From: Bugula neritina
Lineage: Eukaryota > Animalia > Bryozoa
Assembly: GCA_964035545.1 (NCBI GenBank)
Contig: OZ037771.1
Coordinates: 5,861,190-5,925,189 of the forward strand
Direction of reading: 5' to 3'
DNA: 64,000 nt
Below, in pieces: positions 42,124 to 64,000 of this stretch. Made by a program: the position numbers and the translations under genes. Under the pieces are notes generated by a model. It did no database searches. It was given only the letters and a program-made list of their open reading frames with translations, and was not told where the DNA came from. How positions within the stretch are numbered: the first letter of the stretch is position 1; the number at the start of each line of letters is the position of its first letter.

Positions 42124-42970
42124 GAATCCGCGACATTTCACAAATGACAAATCAAAAACACCTATTTCAAAAAAGACAATTCCCAAATTGACAATTCCCA
42201 AATTGACAATTAATAAATTGACTTTTAGAAAAAAGACATTTCTAAAAATGACATTTCACAAATGATACGGCCCAGTCGGGTGTGAGCTCGACCGGGTCGA
42301 AAATAAGTTCATATAAACGTGGGCAATTGCAGATTGGGACTGTTTGGTAGCTAACACTACTTCCGTGACAGCCTAACTCATACAGGGTTTATATTTGTTG
42401 CTGAAAGCTATAAATCTTGTCAAGTTCAAGTTGAAATAATTACTACTTATTTACTTTTACTTTTATACTTGTATTATTGCGTGATGTTACTATGTACATT
42501 ATATGTTATTTAATTTTATTAACCGTATTTCATTTTCTTTTTACTTTTCAGTTTTAACTTATGAAATACGGTTAATAAAATTAAATAACATATAATGTAC
42601 ATAGTAACATCACGAAATAATACAAGTATAAAAGTAAAAGTAAATAAGTAGCAATTATTTCAACTTGAACTTGACAAGATTTATAGCTTTCAGCAACAAA
42701 TATAAACCCTGTATGAGTTAGGCTATCACGGAAGTAGTGTTAGCTACCAAACAGTCCCAATCTGCAATTGCCCATGTTTATATGAACTTATTTTCGACCC
42801 GGTCGAGCTCACACCCGACTGGGCCGTATCATTTGTGAAATGTCATTTTTAGAAATGTCTTTTTTCTGAAAGTCAATTTATTAATTGTCAATTTGGGAAT
42901 TGTCAATTCGGGAATTGTCTTTTTCGAAATGGGTGTTTTTGAATTGACATTTGTGAAATGTCGTGTCACC
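42124..42970. mobile_element. Non-autonomous Mutator/Foldback-like palindromic element (847 bp)
   Basis: Inverted arms 42131-42533 and 42561-42963 (403 bp each, few mismatches) around a 27-bp spacer; 9-bp TSD GAAATTATT at 42115-42123 and 42971-42979; G...C termini; subterminal GACAWTTY repeats. Confidence 0.9.
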
Positions 42971-45900
42971 GAAATTATTACCTATGTTATTGATGTACTT
43001 TTTAAGCATACTAATAATATGATATGAATATTATTTTGCTGTGTTCTTTCAGCTGAAGGTTGCATCTAAGCTACTGCTATTTAGTTTACTACAGTCAGAA
43101 TTAAATCAATTTAAATAAGTAATCTACTAAGTGTTCATTTCATATTACTAACAATACGTTTACAACTTGTTTTTTAATCGTAAGCAAGTCAATTCTTTTA
43201 ATTGATTCACAGCACATAGCCACATACATTAGATTTTGAAATCATTTCAATTCTGTATTATAGTTTTGAGTGACACTATAACTAGTAGGTTCCAAATCAA
43301 TCATTATGTAACAGATTGCTAAAATAATATTTTTCAGGAAATGTCTAACATCAAGAAATTAGTTGAAACAAAAGAAGTTATCTGCCCAAATAAGAACAGT
43401 TGTTGCACCAAACTTTAAAACATCTAAATTACAGAAGAGGAGCGGATTAACATGATATCCACAGGGGCGAAGCCAGTCATAAATGTTTAATTAGGTTCAT
43501 CATATCTATAACATTTTGTTCTCCTTCAATTGTGAAAAATTATTTGCAATATCCAGATATGCTATAGAGATGAAATATAATAACTTGTACATAACTACCA
43601 AGCTAAATCATTACGTTGCAGGACTAATCCATGTAACAAACCCCTTTCTGCATGCGCTTAATTTACTTGGATTCTATGCTTTGAAATTCCAAAGTTTATT
43701 TGACCTCGAACATGAATATTGGGCTTTCTATACTAACTTGATCTAAAGCAGAGCCCACTGAATAACTAAACTATTTTTGAACTCTCTCCAGCAAAGGCTG
43801 CTGAAAGCAAAGTTAGCCTGTGACACCAAAGAGCAGCATACTTGGAAAATGAGAGGCTCGCTTCTTAAAGACTTAAACAATGAACAATCTCATACTGCCA
43901 TACTAACTCAATGGGCCCATAGCCTTCACCTAAAACTGTGTTAAGCATGAAACATTCATGGTGAAGCAATAATGACCTTGCTGATATTGCTAATGTTCTC
44001 ACTGTACGCTAACTAACCCATGCAAATCTCTAATCATGGTCATGAATTCAGGCTGCTTGGCATTGTAACAACTGTAACTCCTGGAGTTACTTGAGCTCTT
44101 TAAATATTATATATTGTAGCAGCTAGACACAATATTGCGGAGGTGTGAACCATAGTACTCTGCTCTGTATATTGGTAGGGAGGGAGAACACCCTCCCCCA
44201 CCCGAAGTAGTTACTGTGTCCAGATTGTGTCACCAACCATCACAACATGTCATGTCACACTAGCATTCCTAACCACTGGACCATAACTGCACTGATTGGT
44301 AAATATGCAGTCACATTGCACACTCAGTAGGCTATGTGTACTTAAGTTGATACTCAAATAGTCTGTTTAAAGCAGACATATCTAAATAAAGAACATATTC
44401 ACTAAAACTTTTCAGCTTACCCTCGAAAGGATAATAATACAAGAATAAAATTTTCATTAGCCATTCACAGGGAAGATAACTACATGAGTTCACTGCATAG
44501 CATAGCTTTTAAAAACTCACATATTGCATGCATTTTATTATTTTTTAAACAATGTTTTAATATCGGTAACTAAAAATATCAAATGCTGTCTAATGAATTA
44601 TTGCATTAGACTAACTCAATACATTTGTTCCATATTTAGAAAAAATTACTTTTATACATGAACTTAAATTGGTCGAGATTTAACCTATGCCATGTGAAAA
44701 CTTTTAAAAACTGATAATACTGCAATCTTATTTCTATTTTCTAGACTCTATAGAGAAAACACTTTTTTACAGTTCTTCAAAAATGTTACGCAAATTGCTT
44801 TAAAGCAGTACAGCAGTATTAATTGGCTAATGTCTAAAAAGAAAATAATGCTAAAGGTTCAAATATCATTTTATGACTTACAGAGTTATCACCTCATGCA
44901 ATAACTATTATATTGTATGAAAATACAGTTTAAAGAACTGACAAGCAGTATTTACCTGGAAAACCTGATTTGTGAGTTCAAATCGGTAAATAATTTTCCT
45001 TCAGTCCATGGATACATGTTTTGCAGAATTTTGTAGAATATTTATAAACACGTTTATTTGGCAGCAAGTTTTACTGAGATCTGTAAGGAAGGAGTATGGT
45101 AGAATGTGACAGTGTGGCAGCCAGCACTCTTGACTGATAACTAAAACTTATCAGCACATTATTAACTGAGGAATAATCATTACATTGGTTTCACTTGTTC
45201 TGTTCAGGGAAGAACAATAACAGTGAGAAAGTCTTTTCAGTTGCAATCATGGAGCTTAGAGTAGAGACAAAGGAGTCACTTAGTGTAGTAAATGGTAGTT
45301 CATACAAATACATTAACTTATGTGCTATCATTCATAGAAGAAGAATGATTTAATCTAAATGTGTAACCATGTCAGTAAGAAATCAATTTGTGTCTATTCA
45401 TAGAAAACTTTGTCTTTCACGGCCCATAGCAAGTATTTATAACAGCATTCATGTCAGGAATGAATGGTATACATAATGCAATTTTATTCTTTTATTCTGC
45501 AAACAGTGTTACAAGTAGAATAGTGGATGTATACCTAATCAGAATGTATATACGCATACACAATACATGTTATAGCTATATACAGTCTTCTGCTTCCCGT
45601 GCGTAGCTTGCAGGTAGAATATACAGTTGAAGCAGCACACAGTCATTTGATTCTTAAACAGTCTACCAAACTATACGTGCCCTTTGGTATTATGGAGTGC
45701 TCAATCGTATTGCACTCATGAAAAAAATCTAGGACGACTAAAAATTTCATATTTTTCTAGAAAAATCTTGCTGTATTAAGATGTAGCTTTGAATCTACCT
45801 CCTCTTTAGTCATTGGAAAAACTATGCACGAACATGAAAGCCGAACTAGCAGCAATTATAATAGCATTTCAAGATTTTACAGAATTTATTGTGAAAAATC

Positions 45901-47848
45901 TAGAAACGACTCAATTAATTACGCGTTTACATCTTTTATTCCAAAGACTACTGAACAGGTACCTAGTTTTTGTTCATCTATTCACCTAACCTACTCTAAG
46001 GTAGATCTACTAAGTGTTTTTTGAGCTGCATGGACAGTTCATAGTTCATTCTTAAGCTGCTTTGAAACACTATCTGCAGTAATATGCCTCAAATGAAGTT
46101 TAAGCCTCAATATAGTACAGTAATCTTAGATGTGCTCTCTTGTACTGCATACCAGACAATGTAAAGTAAGCCACATTATAAGTGTAAAGCAAGAACTTCT
46201 GCCTTCTATGGTAATCTGAGATTCAGGGATAATTGTCAGCCACCTGCTACAAGGTTTAGTGACTGATAATAGCAATTAAAGCCTCCCTGTGTGGACTTTT
46301 GATTATAGTCTGGAGACGATAACTCTTCATTAATGTTCACCATCCACAGGTTATCCCAGCTTTCAATACAAGCAGATATCTTTTCCCACGTTGAATAAAA
46401 ATATAAGCTTACCTATCTAGCCTGTGTTCTGTAAAATATAAAGGATAAAGTTTGTGTGCAGATGCTACAAAGCCAAACTTACTGACCAAAAGCCAATGTG
46501 TTGAGCAAGTAGAGTACAACTTAGATTTAACCAAGAAGTTATCTTCTCTATGTTTAAGCAGGTAAAAGTGATTGTATAATCAGCATTTTTGACTACAGTT
46601 GTACAAAATATTTAAAAATTGTATTCTATAATAATTTATTTTCAAGTATAATTCTTTGCACATAATGAAAACATGAGAATTAAGTTTTATAGTAATTTGA
46701 ATTACTATTTTGAATTACTACTAATAAATGATAGATTAATAGATTTATTGGTAGCAAGGATAATTTATATTGAATTATAAGAATAAGAAAAATTGACAAC
46801 AGTCCTTAGTTCAAAGAATAGGTAGTAGTAGTAAAACTCTGAAACAGCTACATGTGTATACATATTAGGGCATGTAATGCTCTCACTTTACACTCAGGAA
46901 TGACATTCTGTGATTGAGCTCTCTAACTATAATTATAGTCACAAGCTTGATCTGCCAGCTTTTTACAAAGCTCGTGACTCTTAGGGTTACTTGAGCTCTT
47001 CTGATTGAGTTTACATACTTTTTAGTAGGAACATAGCCTTCTTGTAGTTCGAAAGTTTGGACCATAGTGTAATCAAATATATGGCAATCATGTCACACTC
47101 ATATAGCCAAAATGCTATGAAGCTATGTAGTAGTGCCACATTTGAGTTGATGGGACACAAACGCATACTATTTCAAAACTTGCTGGTATAACAAGTATGC
47201 ATAGTTGACAATATGACTATTATTTATATGAGATTTAAGATTGAGGTTTGATCAAAATTATTTACTAATAACTTAAACTACAATATCAAACTGGAAAGAT
47301 AAACGACTATCAGTTCAACTAAAATGTTGAATTTGATATAAAAGAAATTTAAATACAGAATTTAGGCATCAAGAATAAGACAGTTTGGTATCTTTGTTTT
47401 TATTATACCTAGTGGTTGCTTAAAAACAAAACAAGTATTGACTTTTTGAAAATTGTTTAAACAATAATTTTAAATAATAAAGTTGAATATACTAAATTAA
47501 TTACTTTTTCAAATTGACATTTTAATTGACTTCCGTTGTTGAGTTGAGTTTAATATGATTTTATATGACGTTAATATTGCTATAGGCCTACACAGTTTTG
47601 CTTTATCTTTTAAAATAAAACAATTGCAATCAATATGGCTATTTTCAAGTAAATAACAAAGTAAATAAACTTTCAAAAGCAGTAGATTTTAATTAAAGCT
47701 TTTAGAATAATTAATTATATTTGCAATAAAATACTCAAGAAATTATAAACATCGAAAGTGGTGCTCAAATGAGGTTTAGCTAAAAAAACTTCTATCCAGC
47801 TAGGTCTTTTGCTGCAAGGTTACGTGGCGGCTAGATAGCTCTGAACAA

Positions 47849-50424
47849 ATGGCCAACAGACTTTTTGCAAGCAGATTTGGTAAGTTTTAAATTTTTCAAA
47901 ATATTCATATTCTAATACTTTTATATAATATGCAATCAAAAATTTGAGCATCTGCGTAAATAGACAAATGATGTATAGCTAAAATACGCTGCATTTAATT
48001 CTTTATAAAGAGTTTTGCAATATTATTGGCATGTGGTAATATGATATGGTGCATATCATTTTCTATTCAAATTTTATTTATATTATTTATTGTTTATAAT
48101 TTATTCAATGTTAGGCATTCTGCTTAAAGAAGTAATGCGCTTAGCATATTAAAAATTACTCTTTAAACTAAAATTTGCTAGCAAAGGGCGCTAAATAAAC
48201 AAATATATAGATAAAAACAATGTGTCATTATATTTTTGTTAAGCATTTGCTTTAAAAAAAATCTTTGTTTTAAATTTAGAAAATGCAATGAACTAATTTA
48301 AGTATAGAGCCTAACTGGGTCATGAGGTTCCAATACTAAACTTGCTATATATTCTGAACATATTCCTACACTGTAAGCATCACAAAATATTTGAGTTTTA
48401 AATTAAAAATTATCTTTTCAAACAGAAAATAGTAAAAGCAGTAAACATCATTTTTTCTACATCAAGAATTTGAGGGGAAAACAACATAATTTTTGAAAAT
48501 TATTATATCAAATATGAATGCATGAGCAATGCAGTTGCATGTTGATATTGAACACTTTTATGTTTTACTTTGCATTTCTTTACTGTTGCTTGCTTCATTC
48601 TCCTTTTTAGTGAAAATTGATTTCACAATTTATCAACAGTTTTAAGCTGCTCAAGTACTTGAAGAAATTTAAGTTTACTTTGTTACATATATAATATGTG
48701 TGTGACTTTAATCAATATTTCATTATTATTAGTTTTACAATATGAAACAAGTAAATGTTGTTTATCTGTGACACATAATTTTCCATTAAGTAGAAAGTTG
48801 TTATGATCATGCAATTCCTATACCTACTGAACAACATTTATTTGAAATTTATTGCTTATAGAATTTTTTCAACCACTTAAGACTATAAAATAATATTAAG
48901 TGATGATAAATTAAAATGGCATCATATGTAACTAATAAATAATTACTATGCATTTCTATTACTTTTGCAGTGTTATTGGTAGAGCTTACAGCTCTGGCTG
49001 TATTTGGTTACCAAACTGTTCTCTACAAGAGTTATGTCATGCCAGAATCTCTATCCAACATTTCCCAGCATGACTCTGCAGAGACAGCCATCTCTACCAG
49101 TTATTGTGGTTATGATTGTATGAGAAGAGGAGAATGCGATGGAGTCGCATTTGATTGGCTAACCAAGAAGTGCTATTTTAAAACATGTGTCAACCCTAAT
49201 CTGTATTCGGAAGGACTGAAGAATGATAATGGTTTTTACATCAGAGCAAATATTGGAGAAAAATTTAGTAAATTGCTGGCTAGGAGTGAGTATATTTGTT
49301 TTGACACGCTCACACTCACACATTCACACACACTCACACAACTATTACAATTACATGTTATAGGATAAAGTTAGGCAACTTAATTTTCAGAAATCGGGTT
49401 TTTCTGAAAAAAATTGATATTTTTGTTTTAAAAAAGTGCATAGCATTGTAACACAATATCAATAGCATTTTTACTATGCAGGAGCTAAATTATGCTATAT
49501 ATAAATCAATGTCAAATTTAAGAAATAAAATTGCTAATCTTATCTTTCTAGATAAATTAGCAAAGATGTCGTCTCTTTATATTTACACTGGCGGATCATA
49601 CACCTTTGACGCAGCATCAGCTGTAGATGGAATCTATAAATCAAAAAATGAACTGATTTCTCTTGCACACAGTGAGCAAGAGACTAGGCCATGGTGGAGA
49701 GTAGATTTGGGAAATGTACATTGTGTCTGGGCTGTGAACATCCTGAACAGATATACAAGTAATTGTCAGCCTGTCTGTCTGTTATTTTAAGTAAAACTTG
49801 AATGTTGTGTTTTATTATGTTATGCATTGACCACCAAAGATTGAATGAAAGAGTGACATAAAGTGCTGAGTTTATATTCTAGTAGTAGCAAATTAGTTTT
49901 CCGTTATAGCAAAAACAGCTGCATGGACAAAGCCTGTGCCATACAAAATAAAGAAAAGCATAGAATAGCTAGGGGTTAGAGCGTCTAGCTTAATAACCAT
50001 GAGGTCATGAGTTTCATCCCCACTAAAGGCCATGGTTTATGTTAGCAAGAGCATCCAGTTATAATTGTTTCTGTGTCACATATAAACAAGTCCTCAGCCC
50101 ACTAATTTAAAAAATCCTTTCCATCAGGGGTTCTCACAGGGATAGTGACTATAAACTTGCGCGAGTTTATATATGCATGTACTTTTAGAAGTGAAATATT
50201 ATCAAAGATCAATTAACACAGAAGTAACAGTTGCTATGGTAGAGGAAGATATAGAGTTTACTGGATCTAACAGAGAAGTTCTGTGTAAATATGTTGATGG
50301 CTATCTCAACCAATACTACACTCTGATTACATGTGATCAACCAATCAGTGGCCGTTTTGTCCAGATTCTATTCAATGCATATACACTGTTAAACCTTCAT
50401 GAGATTGAAGTTCGTGGTTATTAG
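47849..50424 (+). CDS. Secreted PAN/apple-domain + F-type lectin (fucolectin/FTP) protein, 4 exons, 262 aa
   Basis: Exons 47849-47879, 48971-49285, 49552-49758, 50189-50424 (789 nt, all introns phase 1). Signal peptide MANRLFASRFVLLVELTALAVFG. PAN core C-x3-C-x5-C-x11-C. FTP motifs LARNKLAKMSS, AVDG, AHS..ETRPWWRVDLG, ILNR, CDQPISGRFV, LNLHEIEVRG. Exon 1 is inferred from phase and the signal peptide. Confidence 0.85.
49960..50167 (+). mobile_element. tRNA-derived SINE, copy 1 (lectin intron 3)
   Basis: A-box-like TAGCTAGGGGTTAGAGC and B-box-like GAGTTTCATCCC; colinear with 53310-53475, including an identical 26-mer CACAGGGATAGTGACTATAAACTTGC (50135-50160 = 53442-53467). Confidence 0.7.
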
Positions 50425-52487
50425 ACTTGCATAAGATTAAGTAAATCCTTATAGTTTATATGGTGATTGTAATTTCTTTCAAGTTCTTGAAAAAAATAAT
50501 TCAGTCTTGCTGAGAATTGCAGACATTATTTGTAATTTACGGCAATGTTTATGATCAGTAATCAAAGCTGTTGATTTAAAAGTTATTCCAAGGTTCTCTA
50601 CTTGTTTTGCTTTGAATTTTTTATTTTTAAACCACCTAATAAGGTAATGATTTCCTCAAATATTTTATAGAAAAGAATTTAAATTTCTAATTCTATAATT
50701 AACACTTATTTTAATTGTTTCAGGCTTTCAATTTTTAGCAAGTATAAATTTAATGTCAAATTACTGCAGATTTTGCCACTATCCAATGATTATGTTCATT
50801 GCACCTTTATCTTGTTGCAGTGAGTAGTTTGGATGAATATTGTAAGATATATAACAGCAAATCACCAGCTTATTTTATAGTCCACTTGTTAAATAGTTTC
50901 TCAGAAACTTTACTTGCTCATTGGTCCAATGTATTGTTTTGGTTTTGTAGCCATTATATTTAATGTGCTTTCCTGCAAAAAAAAAGTAAGCTGTACTTTT
51001 TCGGTCGGTATTTTTTATGTGTATACACATGTATATAATACATCAATAGAAACACTTTGTCTACTTATATAATATGAATGATGGCGCTATAAATAAGTGG
51101 TGGCCAAGAGTATATTATATAATCAATATAGTTTTAGCGGAAGCTGCGTTCTGCTTAATTTTTGTTTATAACTTCTACTCAATCATTGAAGTAGTTTGTT
51201 GTAATTTCAGCTATAGACATTGTTTTTTTTCAATACCATATTATTATTGAGTCAAAAAATGTTTATCTCATTCATTTGACAACTTATGAGATGGGAGTTT
51301 TCTTATGTGTCTGGAGAATATATATTGTAACATGTCAATTGTATTTATAGTGATTATCAATACGAATAAAAAATGTTGGTGTTGTTTTATCAACATATGT
51401 TTTGTTAACAAAACACAAAGCAAGTAAAGGCATGCACACACTATATAAACAGGGATACTTGTTTGTAAGGCACTTTCGGGTAATGACTTGTGACGTAGTA
51501 GTGAACACTGTATAGACATAAACGTGACATATAGCTTCTAACCTTAATTTGAAAATAAGAACCTGCAGGGTAACTCAACCACAGCTCAACAGTAAAAAAT
51601 GTTTCAACAACAAAAAACTATAGCATTTCGTTAGCACAAATAGTTAAATTATAACCTGTAATAAAATTGATACAACCATAAGATGACTGCCATGCAAAAC
51701 CTAAAAAAACAAAACGTAATAGACACGGAAATTCTTGAGCTAAATTAAATTAGATTCTAAGCAAAGTAAGTCTTGAAGGAGGTGGTGAGAAGAGCCCCCG
51801 CAATGTTTGTATATGCAGAGTGGCTTATAAGCTTGGTAAGCTGCTAGCCTTTGCATTTCTTCATTGTTGCAGTTTTCATAGTAGATCATGTGACTACATG
51901 GCCATGTGACCACACATGTGGCATATATGAATAGCCCAAGTCCTTTTAATTTCTACATTAAACCACAAAAGCTGTTTAAAGGAGATAAGGAGTTGAATTT
52001 CATGATAAAACCAGTTTAAAGGATTTGTCAGTATGTAGAAGAATTTCGTTGATGTTTCTTTCCATGAATTTTAAACTCAACACAAACAAGTTGTAACTTT
52101 TACCAAACTGAGTGTCCTTCAGTTTTTAAATTTAAATACTAATAAGTTGCATCCTATTAAACACTACAAGAACTATAACTAAAACTACACAACTGCTCAG
52201 CAGACACAAACTATGTCTAGAAAAGGTTGCTTTGGCAAAACTTGTCAACAGAATCTGCATTTTGGTTAGCTTTCAGTATGCAAGAAAACCAAAAATGATT
52301 AATATAAATATTTAAAATACAATATCACGAAATGCCAATACTATTGGCACAGTAGTGTGCTGTAACATCAACTTCTTATTGTTGCAGTGGTTGATTGTTG
52401 GGAGCCCAGCATACATTAGCAAGAGATATTTATATAATGTATTTTAATGTTTGCAAGGTTTTTGAGAGGTTTGTTACACTAAGCAGC

Positions 52488-62159
<9,672 letters not shown>

Positions 62160-62984
62160 TGAAAACTTCTATTATAGTTAAGGGGGTAAAGAAGACCCCC
62201 ACCCACCATGCTACGATTACTAAAGCTATCATGCTATAATCAGGCTTTCTATGCTTATGTAAACATGGGTTGTCTTGCTATAAACTATCACAAGACCAGT
62301 AGATTATGTATGGTGATCATAGTAGTTGTAACTGGAATACTGTGTTAGTTTGCAATGGTCTCTGGGTAATTAATAATTTGACCTCATTGCAAGGCCACTG
62401 CTGGAGATTTAGGTTCACCATAATACTGATGTCAAATGTTAAACTTTCCACCACACTCTCTGGTATTTAATACAAATATAATATCATGTTTATAATATTA
62501 TATTTATTACTGTTTTGCAGAATTAAAATTCTGATTTAATAATACTAGATTTTTTAACCCATTGAGCTCTTGAATATAATATGGGAACAATATTGCATGC
62601 TTGGAAATTTGGACCTTCATTTAAATATTAAACCATAAAAGTTAATTTAAATTCTTTTTTAATAAATTTACAATGACAACCCAGACATTAGAGCTTCACT
62701 CCAATTTCCAAGACCTAATTGAAGTTAAAAGAGATTTTAGTATTGATCGGTTATACTTTTTACGTGCAGCATAGTTATACCTACTCACGAGTTTTATAAA
62801 GATTGCAGTGATCAATCCCAAAGCATCACTATATAGTTTTTTCAACAAGTTATAAATGAATGAACTAACTTTAGGCTGTCCAACTTATCATATTAATTAA
62901 CCTACCAAGATTTTCTCCTAACAGTGTGCTAACTTCAGAGCCTACCTTGATGTTCCATCATTGAGCATTATTAATTTGCAGGCT

Positions 62985-63238
62985 TATGACGGAGTTGTCG
63001 TTTATCTGCGGTTTTGGAGAAGACAACTACGCATTTTCTTTCCTACAAAAATGATTTTCTCATTGGTTGTCCCAAGCGCGGTGTATTCTATTACTAAAAA
63101 ATCTTGTTGAATGGAGTGTGCACGTACTGGTAGTGATCATGCTGATGGTTGACTATCATCTAAATTAACCCCAGTCAATTAGTTTGCTTTGCAAGTTAAA
63201 GTTGAAGTGTTTTGCAACTCATTTCTAAAATCAATTTC
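62985..63238 (+). promoter_or_regulatory. Probable CDC16 promoter/5' region
   Basis: Local CpG enrichment and a reverse CCAAT (ATTGG at 63062-63066) just upstream of the ATG. Confidence 0.4.
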
Positions 63239-63971
63239 ATGGAGACTCAAAGCTCCTCTAATAATATTGATGTTTTGAGAAGCGTCATAAACAGAAATCT
63301 CAAACTGGTAAGTTCAAGTAGTTTAACTCCAAGTTGAAGTTGTGCTATTGCTTATCAAATTCAATATGAATATGAGTATCACCATTAATTATCACTTAAA
63401 CTTGAAGTTAATATCATTATAGGTAATGGTATCAGTATCACTATCAGTATGAATGTAACTCAGTTGTACTGTAGTATAACTATAAAACAGAAGTATTACC
63501 AACACTAACACTTACAGTAACTCTAACAGTAACTGAGTATCATTTAACTTTTAAGACCTAAGGCCAGGGGTATCATTTTGATTTATGATTTGGTTTTATC
63601 CGTACAAGTATAACTATTAGTATCAGTATGAGTATCACCAACACTATGAATACGGTACTGGTGGTGACTCACTAGGACTATGAGTATGATAATCATAAAT
63701 GATAATGATAAGGATTATGATGATCATGGTGATGGTATAACCCACACTATCAAGTGACTCACTAGCTATATCAGTTATCACTATGACTATGACTAGTATT
63801 ATGCTCATTGGACTAACTTCTAAAGTACATTCCAGACACACCTACAACTCTCAGTGTGACATATGCAGTGAAATATTTATAAAATTGTTGTTATTTGTTA
63901 CTGTTTTTCATTTCAGCGTAATTATGAGAGTGCGCTGTATTGGGCTGATAAAGTGATGACATTATCTGCAG
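63239..63971 (+). CDS. CDC16: Anaphase-promoting complex subunit 6 (CDC16), first two coding exons; continues beyond window end
   Basis: Exons 63239-63307 (METQSSSNNIDVLRSVINRNLKL, phase 0) and 63917-63971 (RNYESALYWADKVMTLSA, 55 nt) match the APC6 N-terminus ..LR..V..Y....YQSALFWADKV..LS; missed by the ORF track. Confidence 0.8.
63360..63850. repeat. Cryptic 3/6-bp-periodic low-complexity tract in CDC16 intron 1
   Basis: AGTATC/ACTATC/AGTATG/ACTATG/GATAAT/AACAGT mosaics, same texture as 10270-11240 and 12325-12665. Confidence 0.75.
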
Positions 63972-64000
63972 GTTAGTCTTCTCCAGATGCAGCACGTAGA

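Noticed and set aside
44178-44197. GGGAGGG-AGAACA-CCCTCCC hairpin as a Helitron 3' end
   Set aside because: No CTRR terminus at the expected distance.
48742-48750. ATGAAACAA|GT as the first lectin exon
   Set aside because: Phase 0 does not match the phase-1 acceptor at 48970; 47849-47879 does.
49960-50030. tRNA gene
   Set aside because: Degenerate A/B boxes, no cloverleaf, and it continues into a body shared with another copy; it is a SINE head.

Overview
AT-rich, intron-containing invertebrate (bilaterian, probably lophotrochozoan) genomic DNA; there are no prokaryotic features. Hand splicing with consistent GT-AG intron phases recovers six genes: (1) an Hr39/NR5B-type nuclear receptor (- strand, 11 coding exons visible, running off the window start); (2) MPDU1, head-to-head with it; (3) a two-exon SoxB1 gene convergent with MPDU1 and flanked by ~17 kb and ~14 kb gene-free regions; (4) a secreted PAN/apple + F-type lectin gene; (5) an orphan 236-aa single-pass membrane protein gene; (6) the first two exons of CDC16/APC6. 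Mobile DNA comprises an 847-bp Mutator-like foldback element (9-bp TSD), a hAT MITE (8-bp TSD), tRNA-derived SINE copies, and a very young 5.4-kb BEL/Pao LTR element that keeps an intact Gag-protease ORF but has lost most of RT/RNaseH/integrase. The most interesting signals are: (a) the BEL element has no tRNA-type PBS, and the 9 nt in that position are perfectly complementary to a site inside its own LTR, suggesting Tf1-like self-priming; (b) a convergent MPDU1-SoxB1 pair mirroring mammalian MPDU1-SOX15; (c) cryptic 3/6-bp-periodic tracts restricted to promoter-proximal introns of three genes; (d) minisatellites that multiply real 5' splice sites. All calls were made by eye, with no database searches.
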